This document shows, piece by piece, positions 28,640 through 37,896 of a stretch of 39,253 bases of DNA. The notes beneath the pieces are model-generated. The model had not been told where the DNA came from. It made no database searches and worked only from the letters and a program-made list of their open reading frames with translations. The stretch comes from Marmoricola sp. (GTDB lineage: Bacteria; Actinomycetota; Actinomycetes; Propionibacteriales; Nocardioidaceae). The stretch is from positions 1 to 39,253 of the forward strand of contig DASVMH010000254.1 of the NCBI GenBank assembly GCA_036384455.1, given 5' to 3'. How positions within the stretch are numbered: the stretch's first letter is position 1; each line of letters opens with the position of its first letter. Made by a program: the position numbers and the translations under genes.

Positions 28640-29964
28640 GGTCGTCCCATCCATTCGTAGAACCTGCTGTCCGGATCGCGTTCGGCACGGAGCCGGTCGA
28701 GGCGCCGCAGCGCCTCGTCGGTGACGAAAGAAGCGGGTCGGCGGCCGAGGTTCTCATCGGCGAGCTGGACCCCGGTCGAGTGTTCGGCGAGCCGCGCCAT
28801 CCCGTCGGTGACCCAGCTGACGTGCCGGTCGTCCTGCGCCGCGTCCCGCCAGCCGGCGTACGCGGCGATGTACGTGCGGTCCTCGACCGAGAACGCCATG
28901 TCCGGTCGCGACTCGGGCGGCGTCCAGTTCATCCAGAGCAGGTGGGACGGGGCGCCGGGCAGGTCGTCGACGAGCGCGTGGATCCCGGGTCGCAGATCGT
29001 CGTAGGACGCGTGCGTCCAGACGTTGTCCACCGCCCAGCGGGTGCTCGACGGGTAGTGGGTCATCGCCCGTCGATACATCTGCGGCATCGTCGCCGGCAA
29101 CGTCCGCATCGCGAGTCGGGCACCCCTGGGCCGAGTGCGCAGGAACGCGGTGTCGCGGCGCGCGGCCCGCCAGTCGTCGGCGAACACCGCGGCCATCACC
29201 TGGATGCCGGGGCGACGAAGCGGCCACGCGTGCCGCGAGGCGAGCAGGTCGAGCTCGACCGAGGCGGGTACGTCGGCGCCGATCGTGTCCGCCCAGGCGA
29301 AGACGTCGTCGAGCCGGTCCAACGGATAGACAGCACCCGCCATCCCGGCGAATCCGGCCCGCGGGTGCAGGCGGAGGTGGAAGCGCACGACGACGCCGAA
29401 GAAGCCCGGCCCGGCGCCACGAGCGGCCCACAGCATCTCGGGGTCCTCGTCCTCACTGGCATGGCGCAGTTCGCCGTCCGCGTCGACGTAGTCGATGGCG
29501 ACGACGTTCTCGCAGCCCATGCCGAGCGCGCGCCCGTTCCAGCCGAACCCGCCCTGGAGCAGGTAGCCGCCCAGACAGACGCCCTCGCAGTGCCCGACCG
29601 GGAAGGAGAGCCCGACCCGACCGAGCTCGGCGGCGAGCAGGTGCCCGGACTTGCCCGGCCCGACCACCGCCGTGCGCGCAGCGACGTCGACCCGGCATTC
29701 GTCGAGCCCGGACAGGTCCAGCAACAGCCCACCGTCGCGTACGTGGTTGCCCGCCCAACTGTGCCCGCCGGAGCGTACGCCGACCGCCCAACCCTCACGT
29801 TTGGCGCGACGAACCGCGGCCACCACGTCCTCGACCGTCGCGGCGAGGACGACCGCCTCGGGGTAGCGGTCGGGCACGAACGCGTTCCACATGGTCGCGC
29901 GCCGGGCGGCGTCGTACCCGGCGTCGGTGCGGTCGAGCCACTCGGGCTCTGCGGTGACGGCCAT
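28630..29964 (-). CDS. FAD-binding oxidoreductase (BBE/VAO family)
   Basis: VRSGGHS covalent-FAD motif, GGYLLQGGFG, WAARGAG..FGVV, C-terminal RL..L...DP...F. Confidence 0.9.
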   Translation of the reverse strand: MAVTAEPEWLDRTDAGYDAARRATMWNAFVPDRYPEAVVLAATVEDVVAAVRRAKREGWAVGVRSGGHSWAGNHVRDGGLLLDLSGLDECRVDVAARTAVVGPGKSGHLLAAELGRVGLSFPVGHCEGVCLGGYLLQGGFGWNGRALGMGCENVVAIDYVDADGELRHASEDEDPEMLWAARGAGPGFFGVVVRFHLRLHPRAGFAGMAGAVYPLDRLDDVFAWADTIGADVPASVELDLLASRHAWPLRRPGIQVMAAVFADDWRAARRDTAFLRTRPRGARLAMRTLPATMPQMYRRAMTHYPSSTRWAVDNVWTHASYDDLRPGIHALVDDLPGAPSHLLWMNWTPPESRPDMAFSVEDRTYIAAYAGWRDAAQDDRHVSWVTDGMARLAEHSTGVQLADENLGRRPASFVTDEALRRLDRLRAERDPDSRFYEWMGRPWI

Positions 29965-30022
29965 CGGCGGTCCTCTCTGTTCGCCCGAGCCGAGCCCGAC
30001 CGTACTCTATTTTGTAATCACC

Positions 30023-30044
30023 TGACAACTATTGTTGTTATGAT
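30023..30044. promoter_or_regulatory. Probable TetR operator next to the -10 of tetR
   Basis: ACAAC-TATT-GTTGT inverted repeat (30025-30038) abutting TATGAT (30039-30044) in an AT-rich divergent intergenic region. Confidence 0.5.
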
Positions 30045-30050
30045 GGTTCC

Positions 30051-30725
30051 GTGGACGAGCCGACCCCGACGCGCCGACCCCGCGGCAGACCGCGGACGCT
30101 GTCCGACGACGAGATCTTCGAAGCGGCCCTCAGCCTCTTCGCCGAACGCGGTTTCGACGGCGTCTCCATGCGCGAGCTCAACCGGCGGCTCGGGGTCAGC
30201 CCGGCGATGCTCGCCCGGCGATTCGCCACCAAGGAAGCGCTCTGGGAGGCCGTCGTCGTCGACGCCTTCGTGACGCAGCACGACACGCTCCGCGCAGCGG
30301 CGCTGGACGCGATCGTCGGCATCGACGACGACCTGGACCGGTTCGAGGCACTCGTCGCGACCTTCATCGAGCTCGCCGGCGAGCGCCCCGAGTTGCAGCG
30401 CGTGATCAACCACGAAGCCTGTCAGGACACAGCTCGCACAGACTTCCTGTACCAGCGCGCCGTGGCGCCGCTGATGGCGGAGATCCGCCCCCTCGTCGAC
30501 GAGCTCACCGCCTCGGGCCTGCTGACGCCGGTCACGGACCGGGAGTTGTTCTTCCTGATCGCCAACGGCGCGGCGTCGGTGCACGCGCTCGCTCCGTTGT
30601 CGCAGTGCTTCGACGCCCCCGACGGACCGCTCGATCCCGCTGCGTACGCCGCACGAGCGGCGCATGTCATCGTCGCCGGCATGCGATCCACGTCACACGG
30701 GACCTCCGCCTCGTCGTCTCGTTGA
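30051..30725 (+). CDS. TetR/AcrR family regulator
   Basis: RGRPR...IFEAALSLFAERGFDGVSMREL...GVS...F.TKEAL. Confidence 0.92.
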   Translation: MDEPTPTRRPRGRPRTLSDDEIFEAALSLFAERGFDGVSMRELNRRLGVSPAMLARRFATKEALWEAVVVDAFVTQHDTLRAAALDAIVGIDDDLDRFEALVATFIELAGERPELQRVINHEACQDTARTDFLYQRAVAPLMAEIRPLVDELTASGLLTPVTDRELFFLIANGAASVHALAPLSQCFDAPDGPLDPAAYAARAAHVIVAGMRSTSHGTSASSSR

Positions 30726-30758
30726 TACTGCGAGGGAAACACCTGGAGAGGGAGCACC

Positions 30759-32078
30759 ATGTCCAACCACACCCGCAGCGCACTCGTCGCCGTCGCCGGT
30801 CTCGCCGCCGCCGCAACCACGGTCGTCGCGCCTGCCACGGCGCACGCCGCGACGTCGCCGATCGACAGCCCGTTCTACCAGTACACCGGCACGACGCCGC
30901 TGAAGGACCTCGCGCCGGGCACGGTGCTCAAGACCCGCACCGTCAACTACTCCATCCAGGGGCTCTCGCTGCCGCTCAAGGCCGTGCAGGTGCTCTACCG
31001 CACCCGCAACCAGGTCGGCCAGGCTGTCACCGGCGTCACCACGATCGTCCACCCGCTGACCGGGGGCGGCGGGTCGAAGGTGCTGTCCTACCAGTCGTTC
31101 TACGACTCGCTCAACCCCGCCGACGAGCCCTCGGCCGCCATCGCGGGGGGTTCCGGCATCGGCCCGGGTGCCGCCGACGCCGAGACCGCGATCTTCGCGC
31201 CCGCCCTGCTGGCCGGCTACACGATCAACATCCCGGACACCGAGGGCCAGAAGGCGGACTTCGCCGCCGGTCCGGAGTACGGCATGGTCACCCTCGACTC
31301 GTTGCGCGCCATCACCAGGACGACCGCGACCGGCGTCACGAAGAACGCGAAGTTCGGCCTGGTGGGCTACTCCGGCGGCGCCATCGCCAGCGAGTGGGCC
31401 GCCGAGAAGGCGCCGAAGTACTCCCCCGGCGTGGCCAAACACATCGTCGGCACCGCCATCGGCGGCGTCTTCGTGGACCCGGCGCACAACCTGCACTACG
31501 TCGACGGCTCGACCGTGTGGGCGGGCGTCATCCCGATGGCGCTGATCGGTATCGCCCGCTCGTTCCACATCAACCTGACGCCGTACCTCAGCACGTACGG
31601 CAAGTCGCTGATGAAGAAGTTGCAGAAGGCGCCGATCTCGGCGGTCCTCGGCCAGTACCTCGGTCTGACCTGGAAGAAGTTGGCGAAGCCGCAGTACGCC
31701 GTCCCGGAGACGGTGGCCCCCTACGTGAAGGTCGCCAACCAACTGACCATGGGCCGCTTCGGCACCCCGAGCGCTCCCATGCTGATCGGGCAGGGCACCG
31801 GCGGTCTCATCGAGGGCACCAAGCCGAGCAAGCAGTACGGCGCGGGTGACGGCGTGATGGTGGCCGGAGACGTGCGCAGCCTGGCCCGCGAGTACTGCTC
31901 CCGCGGCGTGAAGGTGAAGTACCAGCAATATGCACTCTCGCACTTCACCTCGGTGCCGCAGTGGTTGCCGACGGCGTACACGTGGCTGATCGATCGGTTC
32001 AACGGCAAGGCCGCGCCGAGCACCTGCGGAAAGATCGCCAAGGGCAACTCCCTGGCCCCGATCAAACTGCAGAAGTAG
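30759..32078 (+). CDS. Secreted lipase (LIP / CAL-A-like family)
   Basis: Signal peptide; LYRT, PDTEG, GYSGG nucleophile, C-terminal H and WL.DRF.G. Confidence 0.85.
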   Translation: MSNHTRSALVAVAGLAAAATTVVAPATAHAATSPIDSPFYQYTGTTPLKDLAPGTVLKTRTVNYSIQGLSLPLKAVQVLYRTRNQVGQAVTGVTTIVHPLTGGGGSKVLSYQSFYDSLNPADEPSAAIAGGSGIGPGAADAETAIFAPALLAGYTINIPDTEGQKADFAAGPEYGMVTLDSLRAITRTTATGVTKNAKFGLVGYSGGAIASEWAAEKAPKYSPGVAKHIVGTAIGGVFVDPAHNLHYVDGSTVWAGVIPMALIGIARSFHINLTPYLSTYGKSLMKKLQKAPISAVLGQYLGLTWKKLAKPQYAVPETVAPYVKVANQLTMGRFGTPSAPMLIGQGTGGLIEGTKPSKQYGAGDGVMVAGDVRSLAREYCSRGVKVKYQQYALSHFTSVPQWLPTAYTWLIDRFNGKAAPSTCGKIAKGNSLAPIKLQK

Positions 32079-32087
32079 CTCCCGCGC

Positions 32088-33548
32088 TCACGACAACGAG
32101 TAGTCGACCCACACGTCGCCGCCTGCGGCGGCGTGCAGGGCCGAGTTCTGATCGCCGGCACGGGGCACGGCGAACGTCGAACCCGCCTGTTCACAGGCGC
32201 TCGCCGCTTCGGTGAAGGCGACCGGCGTCGCTGTCACGGTCCACGTGCTCCCGTCGAAACACGCGGCCGGATGCGTGTCCGTGCACGGAGCAGCGACCCA
32301 CCGGCCGTCGGTCCCGCGTTGCAGGGCGCACCGGCCCGCGGTGGCGCTCGGCTCGTCGGGCGCCCAACTCCACAGGGTCGCCTGGATGCGGCCGTCCTCG
32401 GGCAGCAGTTGGTCGAGCCCGAACAGGTTGACGCCGCAGTCGGTCATCTCCTGCACCTTGGTCGGCGTGAGCGCCTCGGGGTCGGCCGGCTTGCGTGTGG
32501 GATCGAGCAGCGCGGACACAAGGGTGGAGTCCTCGAAGTAGCGCACCATCTCGGAGTCGTAGACGCCCGCGCCGTAGCTCGCGTCGCAAGCCGGGTACGC
32601 CTGGTAGCCCGAGGTGCTGCCGCTCTCGACGTGGCTCGCGTTCCAGTCGAAGACGTCCGCGGACCAGCCCGGCGCGCAGGAGCCGACGATGACCACCTGG
32701 GCGCCCGCGGCCCGGACGCCGTCCCGCGAGACGTCGGTGGGCATGGGTGTACATCCGTTGGCGGCGCGATCGGAGGCCTTCGGACGGTAGATCAGGCTGC
32801 TGCCGTCGGGACGGCGCAGCACGCTGTCGAGGGTGTCGATGGTCGATGCGTACGCCGCGGGCTTGCCCATCTCGTCCTCGAGGTAGAGCAGGATCACCTG
32901 GCTCGGATGTGCGTTGAGCCAGGTCGCGACCTCGGGCAGGACCGCACTGAACAGCGGCTCGGTGGTGCAACCGAGGTCGAGCTGGCTGGGGCTCTCGCCG
33001 TGACAGACGGCGACCGCGCGCTGACCGAGTTTGCCGAGCTGGGGGATGTAGTGCAGGTCCAGCTCGATCGCGCGGACGTCGATGTCGAGTTGCTGGGTCA
33101 GCGAAAGCTGCTGATTGGAGTCGGCGTGCGAGATCGTGAAGGTGTCGGCCAGGCTGTTGAACGAGTTGTGGGTGCCGATCCACTGCGCCTCGTCGAACGG
33201 CAGCGAGTCGCCGAGGGCGTACTGGAACTGTGCGGTCTGGTGCACCCACGACTGCAGGTACGCGTCGGTGGCCGCCTGCGTCACCCGGTGCGCGAGGGGC
33301 AGCGTGCACTTCGTGTCGGCCACGCCCGCGCGTCGGCACTCGGCGGCGACCGCGTCGACGGTCTTGTTGAGCGCGATGCAGGGGATCGCGATCGGGCTCA
33401 CCGAGTCGCAGGCCGCGGTCGGCGACGGCGGCGTCGGAGTCTCGCCGGCGGCACCGGCGGGCCCCGTCGCGACCATCGCGAGACTCACCACGCTCGCCGC
33501 CGCTGTCGCAAGTACTGCTGTCCGTCGTCGCCACGCTCGCCACATCAC
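32088..33548 (-). CDS. Secreted PI-PLC-like phosphodiesterase with Cys-rich C-terminal domain (Rv2075c-like)
   Basis: Signal peptide; GTHNSFN, QLDIDVRAIELDLH, VCHG, LLYLED. Confidence 0.82.
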   Translation of the reverse strand: MMWRAWRRRTAVLATAAASVVSLAMVATGPAGAAGETPTPPSPTAACDSVSPIAIPCIALNKTVDAVAAECRRAGVADTKCTLPLAHRVTQAATDAYLQSWVHQTAQFQYALGDSLPFDEAQWIGTHNSFNSLADTFTISHADSNQQLSLTQQLDIDVRAIELDLHYIPQLGKLGQRAVAVCHGESPSQLDLGCTTEPLFSAVLPEVATWLNAHPSQVILLYLEDEMGKPAAYASTIDTLDSVLRRPDGSSLIYRPKASDRAANGCTPMPTDVSRDGVRAAGAQVVIVGSCAPGWSADVFDWNASHVESGSTSGYQAYPACDASYGAGVYDSEMVRYFEDSTLVSALLDPTRKPADPEALTPTKVQEMTDCGVNLFGLDQLLPEDGRIQATLWSWAPDEPSATAGRCALQRGTDGRWVAAPCTDTHPAACFDGSTWTVTATPVAFTEAASACEQAGSTFAVPRAGDQNSALHAAAGGDVWVDYSLS

Positions 33549-33592
33549 GACCGTTCAACGCAGCAGCCGGGCTCGGGGCTATGGTCGGGAGC

Positions 33593-33955
33593 GTGGCGAA
33601 GCCGAAGGTCCGGGTGCGGCGGGCGTACGACGCCCCGTCGCCCGACGACGGCCGGCGCGTCCTCGTGGACCGGCTCTGGCCACGCGGACTCAGCAAGGAA
33701 CGGGCCGGCTTCGACGAGTGGTGCAAGACCGTCGCGCCGTCGACCGAGCTCCGGAAGTGGTATTCGCACGACCCTGACAAGTTCGAGGAGTTCACCCACC
33801 GCTACCGCGACGAACTCGAGAGCGACGCGGAACAGTCCGCCGCGCTGGCGCACCTCCGTGAGCTCGCCGCGAAGGGTCCGCTCACCCTCATCACGGCGAG
33901 CAAGCGCAGCGACATCAGTGAGGCGACGGTGCTCGCCACGCTCCTCACGTCATAG
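33593..33955 (+). CDS. DUF488 (YeaO-like) protein
   Basis: RVRRAYD...DGRRVLVDRLWPRG...APSTELRKWY.HDP..F.EF..RY. Confidence 0.92.
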   Translation: MAKPKVRVRRAYDAPSPDDGRRVLVDRLWPRGLSKERAGFDEWCKTVAPSTELRKWYSHDPDKFEEFTHRYRDELESDAEQSAALAHLRELAAKGPLTLITASKRSDISEATVLATLLTS

Positions 33956-34697
33956 CTGCGCGCGCCCAGGTGTCCCAGTCGGGGCCGCGGACGAGCGCAC
34001 CCGGACCCGGGAGCACCGAGCCGCCCGCCATGCTCGCCGGGGCGGCCACGGCCTCGACCTCGATGTCGTCCCCGCGGAGGGCGACCAGGCGGCGTACGAG
34101 ATCGGCGACCCGCTCGCGCCTCGGGCCGGCGATCTCGACGACATCGGGACCGTCGGTCACCGACATCTCGAACAGTTGTCGCGCCACCTCGGCCGAGTCG
34201 ACCGGCTGCGTCGGCCAGTCCATCACCGCCGCCTTCGACCCGTCGAGCGAGCGTTGCAGGATCTGCCCGGGGAATTCGTGGAACTGCGTCGCCCGCAAGA
34301 CCTGCGGGCCGGGCGCGTGCTCGAGTGTGGTGCGCTCGTGGGCGAACGTCGCGGCGTACCAGCCGTAGTCCTGGCTCTGCTCCGCGCCGACGATCGACAG
34401 TACGACGGTGCGGCGCGCGCCCGCCTCGTGAGCGGCCCGGGCGAGGTTCGTGGCCACCGTCGTGAAGAAGTCGGTCGCTGCCGCAGTGTCCATCGACGGC
34501 GACCGGGTGACGTCGACCAGAGCCGCGACGCCGTCGAGCCGACCATCAAGGGCACCCTCCTGCGTCAGGTCCACGCCGTGCGCGCGGCTGAGCTCGACGA
34601 CGTCGTGCCCCGCCGCGCGAGCGAGTCGTACGATCTGCGATCCGATCAGACCGGACGCTCCGGCGACCGCGATCACGCTGCCTCGATCCGGGTCCAT
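33945..34697 (-). CDS. Atypical SDR / NmrA-like NAD(P)-binding protein
   Basis: AVAGASGLIG, LSIVG, LRATQFHEF, EIAGP. Confidence 0.88.
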   Translation of the reverse strand: MDPDRGSVIAVAGASGLIGSQIVRLARAAGHDVVELSRAHGVDLTQEGALDGRLDGVAALVDVTRSPSMDTAAATDFFTTVATNLARAAHEAGARRTVVLSIVGAEQSQDYGWYAATFAHERTTLEHAPGPQVLRATQFHEFPGQILQRSLDGSKAAVMDWPTQPVDSAEVARQLFEMSVTDGPDVVEIAGPRRERVADLVRRLVALRGDDIEVEAVAAPASMAGGSVLPGPGALVRGPDWDTWARAAMT

Positions 34698-34719
34698 GGA
34701 TCCGAGGGTAGGCGGGTCG

Positions 34720-35313
34720 TCAACGATCGACGACGGCTGCGATCTGGCGCACCTGGGCGGTCAGCCGCTCCACGGTCGCCTCCTTCGGATCGGTGAGGCG
34801 CAGGCGCAGCAACTCTCCCCCGGAGGCCTGGACCATGCGGGCGGTGTATTCGGGGTCGGGCATGCCCGGAAAGGCCTTCTCGAGCTCGGCCCGCAGGAAG
34901 TCGCGGACCACCGCCTGTGACTGCGCCAGTCGTTCGTGGAGTTCCGGCGGCGCCCCCTGCGGCGGCACGAGGAAGAGGCGCCACGTCGCCGGATGCTCGT
35001 CGATCGCTCGCAGGATTCCGATGAAGGCGCTGATGAACGGGTTCTGCTCGTCGGAGGTCGGCCGCGACGTCGCCTCAGCGAACTGCACGCCGGCACGAGC
35101 CCGCTCCCGATCGATCAACGCGACGAACACCCCGGCCAGATCACCGAACTGCTGATAGAGCACCGGCCGGGTCACCCCGGCCTCCTCCGCGATCCGGCCC
35201 GGCGTCGCCGCATGAAAACCCTCGGAGTCGACGATCGCGTGGGTGACGTCGAGGATCTGTTCGCGGCGCGCAGCACCGGTCAGCCGCGTGCGGGCCGTCA
35301 CGTCCGTCGCCAT
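34720..35313 (-). CDS. TetR/AcrR family regulator
   Basis: RREQILD...EGF...IAEEAGVTRPVLYQQF. Confidence 0.9.
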   Translation of the reverse strand: MATDVTARTRLTGAARREQILDVTHAIVDSEGFHAATPGRIAEEAGVTRPVLYQQFGDLAGVFVALIDRERARAGVQFAEATSRPTSDEQNPFISAFIGILRAIDEHPATWRLFLVPPQGAPPELHERLAQSQAVVRDFLRAELEKAFPGMPDPEYTARMVQASGGELLRLRLTDPKEATVERLTAQVRQIAAVVDR

Positions 35314-35324
35314 GTTTGACAGCA

Positions 35325-35367
35325 TAACTTACAACGTGTCAGTCTACTACTGACACCTTGAAAGTTA
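35325..35367. promoter_or_regulatory. Long inverted repeat, probable TetR operator
   Basis: TAACTTACAACGTGTCAGT-ctact-ACTGACACCTTGAAAGTTA; 17 of 19 positions complementary. Confidence 0.75.
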
Positions 35368-35374
35368 GGTTCTC

Positions 35375-36691
35375 ATGACCAGCCACCATCCCGAGCTCAT
35401 CGACCGCGTGCACTCCCAGCGCGACCTTCAGCCCGCGCTCTACGGACGCCTCGACTTCGACACGCCGCCGTTCCGGTTCACCGTCGATCCAGCGGTGGAG
35501 TCCGCACTCCCGTCCTGGGTCGCCGACCGTGCGCCCTACCTCGCCGACGAGCGGCTTGTCGAACTGATGCGCACGGCCACGATGCTCGGCGACGTCGTGG
35601 CCGACCCGTACGCATCGTTGGTGGAGACGTACGGCGTGCCCGGCCTGATCCGGATGCTCAAGACCGCCTGCAGGGACGGCATCGACGCCGTCCCGGACGC
35701 GCCGGCGGAGCTCAAGGACTTCATCGCGGTGATGGAGACGGTTCCCGAGTGGGTCGACATGGGCCTCGTCGAGCAGGGTGCCCGCGCCTCCCGCACCGCG
35801 GCGGCGTTCCTCTCTCCCTTCGTCACTCGCGGCGCGTTCCTCGGTACCTTCATCAACACGTACGCCGCGCTGCCGATGGCGGTCACCGGCGCTCTCTCGG
35901 GTCGGCGCGCGGCCGTACGCGTCAACGAGACCACCAGCTTCTTCGCGGTGACCACCTTGCCCGGCGCCCTCGACAGGCACGGACCCGGCCTCGAGGCCGC
36001 CGCGATGGTGCGGCTGATGCACTCGATGGTGCGGGTCAACGCGCTGCAACGCGGGCGCAACTGGGACGCGGGGGTCTACGGAATGCCGATCCCCCAGGTC
36101 GACCAGATGCCCGCGGGGATGATCAACATGTACCTCATTGCGACGATGGCCCGGCGCCAGGGGCGCACCGAGTTCACCCGCCGGGAGCGCGCGGTCCTCG
36201 AGTTCACCCGCTATCGCGCATACCTGCTCGGTCTCCCCGAGGAGTTGTTGCCGACGACGCCCCAGGGCGTGGTCGACGTCTTCCACGCGCGGGCAGCGAC
36301 CCTGCGCGACGACTTCACCGACGAGATCTCGGGTGAGCTGGTCCGCTCGACGATGAACGCCTATCTCCGGCCCGGCCACAGCCGGTTCGACCGCACTGCG
36401 GACTCCGTCGAGCGCAGCGTCAGCAAGTTCGCCTTCGTCCGCGCGTTCTGCAACGGCGACGAGGCGAAGGCCGCCACGATGAGCGTCACGATGACCGTCG
36501 GGGATCGGGTGCGGGTCGCGCTGGCCGGTCCGTTCATCATGGGCCGATTCATCCTCATCGCCCGCGCGTACCGGCGCCCGGCGCTGCGGGCACTCTGCGA
36601 TCGCTACACGATCAGGACGCTGCACAAGCGGCTCGCGACGTACGGCGTACCGGAGTTCACCACCGACGCCAAGCATTACCCGTACCGCTGA
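35375..36691 (+). CDS. MpaB / Lcp-like heme oxygenase family protein (DUF2236-like)
   Basis: GDVVAD, PEWVD, RVNET, VRLMHSMVR, YGMPIPQ.D, YLLGLPEE. Confidence 0.82.
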   Translation: MTSHHPELIDRVHSQRDLQPALYGRLDFDTPPFRFTVDPAVESALPSWVADRAPYLADERLVELMRTATMLGDVVADPYASLVETYGVPGLIRMLKTACRDGIDAVPDAPAELKDFIAVMETVPEWVDMGLVEQGARASRTAAAFLSPFVTRGAFLGTFINTYAALPMAVTGALSGRRAAVRVNETTSFFAVTTLPGALDRHGPGLEAAAMVRLMHSMVRVNALQRGRNWDAGVYGMPIPQVDQMPAGMINMYLIATMARRQGRTEFTRRERAVLEFTRYRAYLLGLPEELLPTTPQGVVDVFHARAATLRDDFTDEISGELVRSTMNAYLRPGHSRFDRTADSVERSVSKFAFVRAFCNGDEAKAATMSVTMTVGDRVRVALAGPFIMGRFILIARAYRRPALRALCDRYTIRTLHKRLATYGVPEFTTDAKHYPYR

Positions 36692-36693
36692 GG

Positions 36694-36726
36694 GTTCCAA
36701 CGGCGTTCACCCGCCGTTCACCTGCG
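36694..36726 (+). promoter_or_regulatory. PHO box (PhoP/RegX3-type direct repeats)
   Basis: GTTCCAA (36694), GTTCACC (36705), GTTCACC (36716) at an exact 11-nt period upstream of pstS; TAACGT -10 at 36754-36759. Confidence 0.85.
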
Positions 36727-36767
36727 TCACCCCGGGCCGCCACCTGCGCTGCCTAACGTCACGCAAC

Positions 36768-37889
36768 GTGAGAGAGAACAAGACAATCCAAGTACGGCGC
36801 AACAGCCGCCGAATCCTGACCACCACCGCCGTCGCCGCGGTCCTCGGCGTGGCTGTCTCCGCATGCGGAGCCTCCAACGAGACCGCCGACACCGCCGCCA
36901 CCAAGACCGGCGGCCTCAGCGGCACCCTGAACGGCGCCGGTTCGAGCGCCCAGCAGGCCGCCCAGGACGCCTGGCGCTCCGCCTTCCAGCAGGCCAACTC
37001 GGGCGTCACCATCAACTACGACCCGAGCGGCTCGGGCGCCGGTAGGGAGCAGTTCATCTCCGGCGGGTCCGACTTCGCCGGCTCCGACTCGGCCCTCGAC
37101 GCGAGTGCCGGCGAGATCGCCGGCGCCAAGAAGCGCTGTGGCGCCGACGCGATCGAGGTCCCCGACTACGTCAGCCCGATCGCGGTCGTCTACAACGTCC
37201 CCGGCGTCTCCGACCTGAAGCTCGACGCCAAGACGCTGGCCGAGATCTTCGCCGGCAAGATCACCACCTGGGACGACCCGGCGATCGCCGCGCTCAACAA
37301 GGGCAAACTGCCGAGCACCCGGATCACCCCGGTGCACCGGTCGGACTCCTCGGGCACGACGGACAACTTCACCGACTACCTGCACCAGGCCGGTCAGGGC
37401 GCGTGGACCGCCGAGCACAGCAGCGACTGGCCGCTCAAGTCCGGCGAGGGCGCCAACCAGACCTCGGGGATGGTCGCGGCCGTGAAGGCGGGCGCGGGCA
37501 CCATCGCGTACGTCGACAACAGCCAGGCCGGTGACCTCCAGGTCGCCTCGATCAAGGTCGGCAAGGCGTACGTGAAGCCGTCCGCGGCGGGCGCCGCCAA
37601 GGCGCTCTCGGTCTCGCCGCTCGAGAAGGGCCGTCCGGCCTCGGACATGGCGGTCGCGGTCGACCGGGCCACCACCGAGCCCGGCGCGTACCCGCTGATG
37701 CTCACCTCCTATCTCATCGCCTGCCCGACCTACTCGGCCGACAAGGTCGACCTCGTCAAGGGCTACCTCGCCAGCATCGTCAGTGCTGCCGGCCAGCAGG
37801 CCGCGGCCCAGGCCGCCGGATCCGCTCCGCTGCCGGCGAACCTGCAGAAGCAGGCCGCCGACCTGATCGACTCGATCAAGGCGAGCTGA
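36768..37889 (+). CDS. pstS: Phosphate ABC transporter substrate-binding lipoprotein
   Basis: Lipobox VSAC, GAGSS, GSGAG..QF, FAGSD, RSDSSGTT.NFT.YL, YPL. Confidence 0.95.
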   Translation: MRENKTIQVRRNSRRILTTTAVAAVLGVAVSACGASNETADTAATKTGGLSGTLNGAGSSAQQAAQDAWRSAFQQANSGVTINYDPSGSGAGREQFISGGSDFAGSDSALDASAGEIAGAKKRCGADAIEVPDYVSPIAVVYNVPGVSDLKLDAKTLAEIFAGKITTWDDPAIAALNKGKLPSTRITPVHRSDSSGTTDNFTDYLHQAGQGAWTAEHSSDWPLKSGEGANQTSGMVAAVKAGAGTIAYVDNSQAGDLQVASIKVGKAYVKPSAAGAAKALSVSPLEKGRPASDMAVAVDRATTEPGAYPLMLTSYLIACPTYSADKVDLVKGYLASIVSAAGQQAAAQAAGSAPLPANLQKQAADLIDSIKAS

Positions 37890-37896
37890 CCAAGCG

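Noticed and set aside
32133-34796. 887-aa plus-strand ORF and similar long overlapping ORFs (162..1709, 28534..30273, 18601..20085)
   Set aside because: Arg/Gly/Pro-rich shadow frames typical of high-GC DNA, overlapping well-supported genes.
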